Shown here in pieces: positions 1-5,342 of a DNA stretch of 36,496 nt. The translations under genes were made by a program, and so were the position numbers. Origin of the DNA: Burkholderiales bacterium (GTDB lineage Bacteria; Pseudomonadota; Gammaproteobacteria; Burkholderiales; Burkholderiaceae_E); NCBI GenBank assembly GCA_037137595.1, contig JBAXJZ010000001.1:1-36496 (forward strand). Reading direction: 5' to 3'. Each line of letters starts with the position of its first letter. Position 1 is the first letter of the stretch. A model generated the notes under the pieces. That model did not search any database. It worked only from the letters and a program-made list of their open reading frames with translations, and was not told the DNA's origin.

Positions 1-1
1 C

Positions 2-196
2 ACCGAGTTCCTGGCCGCGCTGGCGGGCGGCGTCGATGTCGCCATGATGCTGGCCTGCCCCGAGCTGCGGGTCGTGCCGGTGACCATCCACCTTTCGCTC
101 GCCGATGCGGTGCGCACCCTCGAGAGCACGCCCGCCGACGGCCTGGACCGCGAGATCGACGAGGCGATGACACACACCCGCCCCGAACGCGGCTGA
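2..196 (+). pseudogene. pdxA: 3'-truncated pdxA-like (4-hydroxythreonine-4-phosphate dehydrogenase family) fragment
   Basis: Frame 2 reads TEFLAALAGGVDVAMMLACPELRVVPVTIHLSLADAVRTL. This matches the mid-protein PdxA motif HTEF..[21 protein letters not shown]. Similarity ends near nt 120, and an unrelated 24 codons run to TGA at 194..196. The C-terminal half of PdxA is missing. Confidence 0.6.
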
Positions 197-492
197 GGCC
201 GGGGCTGCCTCGCGTCTACAGGCTTGGCTGGAGAGCCAGCGTCGCCCGCATCCTCGGGGGGGATGGAACTCCCCTTCAAGCAGCACCGGCACATCCCAAT
301 GGTGGCCCGGGCCCCCGACGGCAGCTGGACCTGCGCCGATGTCTGCGGGGGACCTGATCGCCCGGGGCGCTCACATCGTCCGTCGCCAAGCTCCGGCAAG
401 ACCGCGGGTCATCGCGGCGCCGTCCGCCGGCTGCGCCTTCTAGAGCTGGGAGCCGGGGTCGGACTGAGTCGACAATTCGTTTGTTGCGGATA

Positions 493-521
493 TTGCATTT
501 ATTGCGTCTATGGAATATGCT
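493..521 (+). promoter_or_regulatory. Putative sigma70 promoter for the TA operon (TTGCAT-N17-TATGCT)
   Basis: Lies in the only AT-rich patch upstream of the antitoxin start. TTGCAT is at 493..498 and TATGCT at 516..521, with a 17-nt spacer. The TATTGC motif is duplicated at 491..496 and 500..505. Confidence 0.35.
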
Positions 522-582
522 CGGATTCGAGCGTACGCCGGGCAATGACTTGGCGCCCCCCCCCACGGACGAGGAGCACTGC

Positions 583-1053
583 ATGTCGGTCGTTGAGCAA
601 CTTCCCGAGGCGGTCTTGCCCCCGGAGTCGAAGCGGGACCGGGAGATGGCCCGGACGGCACAGCAGTGCATCATGCGGTCGCTCGACCACTCGCGAGCGC
701 CGGCCATCACCGTGCAGACGGACGGCGGAGAGGCTGCGAGCATCCAAGTGCCTCCGCAGGCGCTCCGACTCTTCGGCGAGATCCTCGGCGCCATGGCCGA
801 GGGCCGAGCGGTCACGATCATGCCCGCCGATCGAGAGTTCACGACGGTCGAGGCGGCGAACTTCCTGCGGGTGTCCAGGCCGTTCGTGATCAAGGAGATC
901 GAGGAAGGCCGCCTGCGGTGCCGGATGGTCGGCACCCACCGGCGCATCGCGCTCGAGGATCTCCAGGCGTACGCCGCGAAGGCGCGGGAGGGGCAACGGG
1001 CTGCTCTGCGCGATCTGGCGGATGCCGATCGAGAGCTCGGGCTCGACTACTGA
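583..1053 (+). CDS. Excisionase/MerR-type HTH DNA-binding protein, putative antitoxin
   Basis: ATG at 583 lies inside ORF 481..1053. The C-terminal motif is TTVEAANFLRVSRPFVIKEIEEGRLRCRMVGTHRRIALEDLQAY (HTH_17/excisionase-like). The gene stops 6 nt before the PIN gene. Confidence 0.75.
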   Translation: MSVVEQLPEAVLPPESKRDREMARTAQQCIMRSLDHSRAPAITVQTDGGEAASIQVPPQALRLFGEILGAMAEGRAVTIMPADREFTTVEAANFLRVSRPFVIKEIEEGRLRCRMVGTHRRIALEDLQAYAAKAREGQRAALRDLADADRELGLDY

Positions 1054-1059
1054 TCGGCC

Positions 1060-1641
1060 ATGGCAGGGCACGCCCACTACACCGCGGTCCTCGACGCGTG
1101 CGTGCTCTACCCGATAGCCTGCACTGACGCGCTGATCAGCATCGCGGCCGAGGGCCTCTACGCCGCGAAATGGACCAGGCGGATCGAGACCGAGTGGATG
1201 GCGGCTCTCGAGCGAAACCGCCCAGACCTCGCGGGACGCCTGGAGAGGAGGCGCGATGCGATGCGGCGGGCGGTCCTCGATCGGGAGATCACCGAGGAGG
1301 CCTGGCGCTCCGTGACGACGATGCCTGCGCTGCCTGACCCGGACGATGCTCACGTTCTCGCCGCAGCCATCGTCGGTCACGCGGACTGCATCGTCACCCG
1401 TAACCACCGGGACTTCCCGAAGGAACTTCTGGATCCGCTGCACATCCAGGTCATCGACCCGGACGTCTTCATCATGAACCAGTGGGACCTCGAGCAGCTC
1501 GCGGTCATCGCCATCTTCCGATCCGTCCGGGCGAACCGGAAGAAGCCGGGGCAGACGCCGACGGAGTTCGCGGCCTCGTTCGAGGCCGCAGGACTCCCGC
1601 TGACGGCAGCGAGGCTTCGGACGGCTGTGGACCTGCTCTAG
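1060..1641 (+). CDS. PIN-domain ribonuclease, putative toxin
   Basis: N-terminal VLDACVLY plus DDAHVLAAAIVGHADCIVTRNHRDF are the acidic PIN motifs. The gene is paired with the upstream HTH gene. Confidence 0.85.
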   Translation: MAGHAHYTAVLDACVLYPIACTDALISIAAEGLYAAKWTRRIETEWMAALERNRPDLAGRLERRRDAMRRAVLDREITEEAWRSVTTMPALPDPDDAHVLAAAIVGHADCIVTRNHRDFPKELLDPLHIQVIDPDVFIMNQWDLEQLAVIAIFRSVRANRKKPGQTPTEFAASFEAAGLPLTAARLRTAVDLL

Positions 1642-1745
1642 TCCGGACCGAAGAATCCGGGGCCATGCCCCCGTCAGCGGCCTCGACGCCGAGCACCCGC
1701 CAGACTGGGTGCCAGTGCGGTCCACCGCTTCGAACCACAAACGAA

Positions 1746-1772
1746 AACGCCGAACCTGGAGGGCTCGGCGTT
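1746..1772 (-). terminator. Stem-loop, weak terminator-like element (T-rich tail only on the minus strand)
   Basis: Perfect 8-bp stem AACGCCGA (1746..1753) pairs with TCGGCGTT (1765..1772). On the minus strand it is followed by TTTCGTTTGTGG. It sits about 100 nt after the PIN stop. Confidence 0.3.
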
Positions 1773-1884
1773 GGCGCAGGAAGATCGGGTTGCGGGGGCG
1801 CGCTCCGGACACCAGAGACGGATCCGCGTCCGGTAGGCCACACGGCCGATCGACAGCGCGGCCGGCCCGAGGGAGGATTTGAGA

Positions 1885-2208
1885 ATGCGCGACGGACACA
1901 TCACCGGCCGCCGGATCGTGGCGGCGTCGTGGCCCACGCCGTGGGGCAGCAGCGAGATCGAACTGACGGACGAGGCGGTCGCTGCTGCCGGCGGACTGGC
2001 GGCTGCTGTCGCCGCACATCTCGGTGTCACGGTGGCGCAGATGAACGCCTGGATCGAATCGGACTTCACGGTCCGGTGCGCGGGGCGCCGCGCTGACGGA
2101 AAGCCGTGTCGCGGGTTCGTCACCGGTGGCAGCAACTTGGCCGACCCGAAAGCCTGGGTCGCGATGCAGGGCGAGTACTGCCCTGCGCACGGGGGCCCAG
2201 GCCGGTGA
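1885..2208 (+). CDS. Hypothetical protein with C-terminal Cys/His cluster (possible zinc ribbon)
   Basis: GGGAGGA lies 7 nt upstream of ATG 1885. GC3 is high. The cluster reads RCAGRRADGKPC...EYCPAH. The stop overlaps the next start (GTGA). Confidence 0.6.
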   Translation: MRDGHITGRRIVAASWPTPWGSSEIELTDEAVAAAGGLAAAVAAHLGVTVAQMNAWIESDFTVRCAGRRADGKPCRGFVTGGSNLADPKAWVAMQGEYCPAHGGPGR

Positions 2209-2402
2209 AGCCGTACCCTTCCCTCCTTGAGGTCGTCGCGGAGGCGCTGGCCCTCGCCGTCTCCGACCGCACGGTCCGGCGCTGGGTCGCTGGCACCAGC
2301 GACGTGCCGGCCGGACTCTACGTCGACCTGCTGCGGCTGGTCACAGATCGCGCGCAGACGCTGGACGACCTGACCGGGCGGCTGCGCGCCGCGGGGGGCT
2401 GA
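2205..2402 (+). CDS. Hypothetical small protein, possible HTH
   Basis: GTG 2205 overlaps the upstream TGA (GTGA). The segment SDRTVRRWVAGTSDVP looks like an HTH recognition helix. Confidence 0.55.
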   Translation: MKPYPSLLEVVAEALALAVSDRTVRRWVAGTSDVPAGLYVDLLRLVTDRAQTLDDLTGRLRAAGG

Positions 2403-2405
2403 GAG

Positions 2406-2714
2406 ATGCACATTAAAGCCGGCCAGCTCGTCGCGCTGACGACGGGCGACCACCGCTCCGAGTTGTCGCTGCTGGGGCACCGGCGCGCGCTCTTCGACTT
2501 CGACCCGGCCGCCGAGGCGCGGATGTGGAACGCGGGGCATCCCGACGGGATGTCGTTCGACGCCTACCTGCAGCGGCGCGGACTGCTCGAACCACTGCCG
2601 CCCGGGTCGGTGGTCGAGCTCTGGTTCGACGAAGGGACGTCCAAGATCGACTTCGTGCACGTCGGCTACGCCGAGGGCGACGAGCCGCCGGCCGAGCCGG
2701 GCGCAGAGGGGTGA
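2406..2714 (+). CDS. Hypothetical protein
   Basis: ATG lies 3 nt after the previous stop. GC3 is very high. No family recognised. Confidence 0.65.
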   Translation: MHIKAGQLVALTTGDHRSELSLLGHRRALFDFDPAAEARMWNAGHPDGMSFDAYLQRRGLLEPLPPGSVVELWFDEGTSKIDFVHVGYAEGDEPPAEPGAEG

Positions 2715-2717
2715 AGG

Positions 2718-2903
2718 ATGGACGACGACGCGATTCCGATGATCGACACCTGGTGCGGGCGGCCCATCGACGAGATGACGGCCGACGAGCTGCGCGCGGC
2801 GCTGCGGACGGCAGTACGCTGGCTGAACGGGGGCGGCGTGATGCTCCCCCGCCCGGCTACTGCGACACGAACGTCGTCGTCGCCGAGTACGCCACCCCGT
2901 TGA
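2718..2903 (+). CDS. Hypothetical small protein
   Basis: GAAGG lies upstream of the ATG. The first ~40 aa look protein-like. The tail is low-complexity and overlaps the convergent lipoprotein gene by 47 nt. Confidence 0.4.
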   Translation: MDDDAIPMIDTWCGRPIDEMTADELRAALRTAVRWLNGGGVMLPRPATATRTSSSPSTPPR

Positions 2904-3261
2904 CCCGGGCGGTCGCGGTGACGGTCCAGGTGCCGCGCACGTAGTCGACGGCCGAGGTCTGCGGCGACAGCGTCAGCACGACCTGCTTCACCGCGTTCAT
3001 GTTGTAGGGCGGCGTGCCGATCACGAGCCCCGGCGCGGACGCCTGCACGTCGATCGCGAGGATGGGCGGCAGGCCGGGCCCGTCGAGGTTGACCACCGCC
3101 CGGACGTTCTGCGAGGTGGCGGTCGCGACGTAGGTCGGCAGGCCCCACGCGATCGTCACGGGAGGCGCGGGCGCCGCGGCCGGCGCCGCCGGTCCGCTGT
3201 CTCCGCCGCTGCCACAGCCGACCAGCAGGGCCGCGAGGACTGCCAGCGCGGTTCGACGCAT
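2857..3261 (-). CDS. Lipoprotein (phage moron candidate)
   Basis: Internal ATG of ORF 2857..3738. The N-terminus is MRRTALAVLAALLVGC (lipobox LVGC) followed by a Gly/Pro/Ala linker. Confidence 0.75.
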   Translation of the reverse strand: MRRTALAVLAALLVGCGSGGDSGPAAPAAAPAPPVTIAWGLPTYVATATSQNVRAVVNLDGPGLPPILAIDVQASAPGLVIGTPPYNMNAVKQVVLTLSPQTSAVDYVRGTWTVTATARVNGVAYSATTTFVSQ

Positions 3262-3269
3262 GGCCAGAC

Positions 3270-3782
3270 CTACTTCGCGGCCGGCGCCGCGGCCGCCGCG
3301 TCGAACTTCGCGAGGAACGCCTCGACGTAGGCCGGCGGCAGCTTCACCGCCACCTTCCCGCGCCGCCCGCGCACCTCGATGTCGAGCCCGGTGGCCCGGT
3401 GCTCTTCGAGGTACTGACGGTGCGCGCCGACCGACACCACCTCGCGCACGATGCCGCCCCCGCTCGCCCGGCGGTCGACGACCCGCATCGGCAGCATCTT
3501 CCCGGAGCTGTCGAAGGCGGCCTGCAGGAACGACCACTCGCTGCCGCTGAACTGGACGTAGAGGGAGGTCGCCGCGGAGCCGGCGGGGCCACCGACGGAT
3601 CCGCGCAGCCGAAAGGTGACCGTGTCGGGGAACTGCAGCTCGACGATGTCGGGCGCATCGACCCAGAGCATCCCCGCGTATTGGTCCGCGCGGACCGTCA
3701 CTTGGTCGGCGGTCACATTCGCCGGGGACGTCGCGCACCCCGCCATCAGGGCCAGCAGGCCCCCTACCACCGTTCGTCGCAT
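3270..3782 (-). CDS. Lipoprotein (phage moron candidate)
   Basis: N-terminus MRRTVVGGLLALMAGC (lipobox MAGC). GGGAGGA Shine-Dalgarno upstream. Confidence 0.8.
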   Translation of the reverse strand: MRRTVVGGLLALMAGCATSPANVTADQVTVRADQYAGMLWVDAPDIVELQFPDTVTFRLRGSVGGPAGSAATSLYVQFSGSEWSFLQAAFDSSGKMLPMRVVDRRASGGGIVREVVSVGAHRQYLEEHRATGLDIEVRGRRGKVAVKLPPAYVEAFLAKFDAAAAAPAAK

Positions 3783-3831
3783 CGGATCCTCCCGGCGCGC
3801 AGCGTACCGTGCCGCGGCGCCGGACGGGTCA

Positions 3832-3972
3832 TCACGCCGGGGGATGCCTCGCGGGGAAGCCCAGAGCCCGCAGAGCGGCCGGCAGGGGCACGCCGAGGGA
3901 TCGGAGCAGGACGGCCGCCGCGCGGGCGCCGCGGGCCGCCTGCAGCCGCTGCGCGGCCTCGCGCAGGGTCAT
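3832..3972 (-). CDS. Possible 46-aa ORF coupled to the holin
   Basis: Its ATG overlaps the holin stop (ATGA). It reads MTLREAAQRLQ...; GC3 is high. No family recognised. Confidence 0.35.
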   Translation of the reverse strand: MTLREAAQRLQAARGARAAAVLLRSLGVPLPAALRALGFPARHPPA

Positions 3973-4418
3973 GCGCCTGGGGTGGGCGCGCCGGCGCCGC
4001 CGCGCGGGATCATCGGGCCGGCCGCAGGGGTGCCAGGCGGCCGCAGCGCGAGGACGAGGCGCTCGCCGAAAATAAACCCGAACGGGAAGGTGGCGATCTG
4101 CGCGCCGAGGTCGACCGCTTGGGTGTTCTTCGCCCACGCGCCGATCAGGATCATCAGCGAGCCGACGATGATCAGGGTGCCAGCTGCTATGTAGCGGAAC
4201 GACGCGCGCAGGTCGATCACCCACTGCGACGGCGTGCCGCCGGGCTGGTCGAGGCCGGCCAGCGCCTTCAGCCGCTCGATCATCGCGTTCTCGAGCTTGA
4301 TCTGGTCGTCGATCGACAGGCCGCCGATCCGGCGTGCGATGCCGCCGCCGAGCGTCTTCAGAAAGTCGGCGGCGACCGGCAGGCCGGCGGCGATCAGGGT
4401 GGTCAGCAGCGGATCCAT
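3969..4418 (-). CDS. Holin, 3-TM (GTA-type holin family-like)
   Basis: Hydrophobic segments are present, the gene lies directly after the endolysin, and there is a GAGGAGGG SD. It resembles the 'holin of 3TMs for gene-transfer release' family, identified from memory. Confidence 0.65.
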   Translation of the reverse strand: MDPLLTTLIAAGLPVAADFLKTLGGGIARRIGGLSIDDQIKLENAMIERLKALAGLDQPGGTPSQWVIDLRASFRYIAAGTLIIVGSLMILIGAWAKNTQAVDLGAQIATFPFGFIFGERLVLALRPPGTPAAGPMIPRGGAGAPTPGA

Positions 4419-4430
4419 CGGGCGCCCTCC

Positions 4431-5057
4431 TCAGGCGGTGGCGCCCTCGAGCGCGCGCAGCGCCCGGGCGTAGAGGGACGCGCGCTCGGCGCGGCCGAGC
4501 ATGGCCGGGCCGTTGATCGCCCGAGTGACGCCGTCGAAGTCGCCGCGCTCGGCGATCGGCGACAGCGCGCGCGACGACCAGTACCAGCCGGCGGTCCGCG
4601 CCGCGTCGGCCGGCTGCGCGACGAGCTCGGGCTGCTCGAGGTACGGCCGCCCGAGCGTGGCGGCCGCGCGCGCGTAGTTCGCGCGGCCGGTGATCTGGAA
4701 CAGCCCCCGCCCGCGGTAGCGCCAGCCGTCGCCGCTCGCCTCGGGACCGTTCCCGAGCCGGTTCGCGTAGGCGCGATTCGCCAGCCGCTCGGGCTGCCGG
4801 ACGTAGGGCAAGGCCTCCGCGGCGTCGATGAAGGCGTTCCGGAAGACCACGGCGATCCGCGCCGCGTCCCGGTACCAGAGCGACTCCTCGAGCGAGGCGA
4901 AGCCCTGCGACTCGTGCATCGCCTGCGCGACGAACGCGGCGACCTGCCGCGGCCCGCTGATGCCGAACTCGCGGCACGCGGCCCCGATGGGTTCCGCGAA
5001 CGCCCGGGCCTGCGTCGGCGCGACGCCGCAGTCGATCAGGCTGGCGGTGGAGATCAT
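4431..5057 (-). CDS. Endolysin, glycoside hydrolase family 19 (chitinase-like)
   Basis: Motifs HESQGF..LEE, NRLGNGPEASGDGWRYRGRGLFQITGRANY and INGPAMLGRAER. The ATG at 5057 is preceded by GAGGCGG. Confidence 0.9.
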   Translation of the reverse strand: MISTASLIDCGVAPTQARAFAEPIGAACREFGISGPRQVAAFVAQAMHESQGFASLEESLWYRDAARIAVVFRNAFIDAAEALPYVRQPERLANRAYANRLGNGPEASGDGWRYRGRGLFQITGRANYARAAATLGRPYLEQPELVAQPADAARTAGWYWSSRALSPIAERGDFDGVTRAINGPAMLGRAERASLYARALRALEGATA

Positions 5058-5064
5058 CGCCGCC

Positions 5065-5319
5065 TCAGGACCAGTGGAGGTGGCGGATCGCCCAGCCGAT
5101 GACCGCACCGGTCACGACCGTGACGATGCCCCCGAGCCACATCACGACGCGCAAGCCGCCCTGCGCCTGCGCGAGCTGCTGCTGCACCTGGTTCAGCGTG
5201 TCGGCCTGCACCTTCACCAGCGCCTTCAGCTCGCCCATCGACACGGCCATGCCGTTCACGGTGGCCTCGAGCCGCGCGATCGCGGCGACCTGATCTCTGT
5301 CGTCCATGTCCTGTCCCAT
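5065..5319 (-). CDS. Tail-anchored membrane protein with N-terminal coiled coil (lysis-associated?)
   Basis: An 84-aa internal ORF. The coiled-coil-like segment is LEATVNGMAVSMGELKALVKVQADTLNQVQQQLAQAQ and the C-terminal TM is VVMWLGGIVTVVTGAVIGWAI. Confidence 0.6.
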   Translation of the reverse strand: MGQDMDDRDQVAAIARLEATVNGMAVSMGELKALVKVQADTLNQVQQQLAQAQGGLRVVMWLGGIVTVVTGAVIGWAIRHLHWS

Positions 5320-5342
5320 GAGGAGAATCCGTTCCGCGTGCG

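Noticed and set aside
224-889. 221-aa plus-strand ORF and 223-aa minus-strand ORF (276..947) in the left non-coding region
   Set aside because: Pro/Arg/Ser-rich low-complexity translations. Both run across the well-supported antitoxin gene in the wrong frame.
1700-1745. tRNA-like fragment (..GCTTCGAACC..) as a possible tRNA-derived att site
   Set aside because: No T-arm stem flanks the TTCGAA-like loop on either strand. There is no acceptor or anticodon arm and no CCA context.
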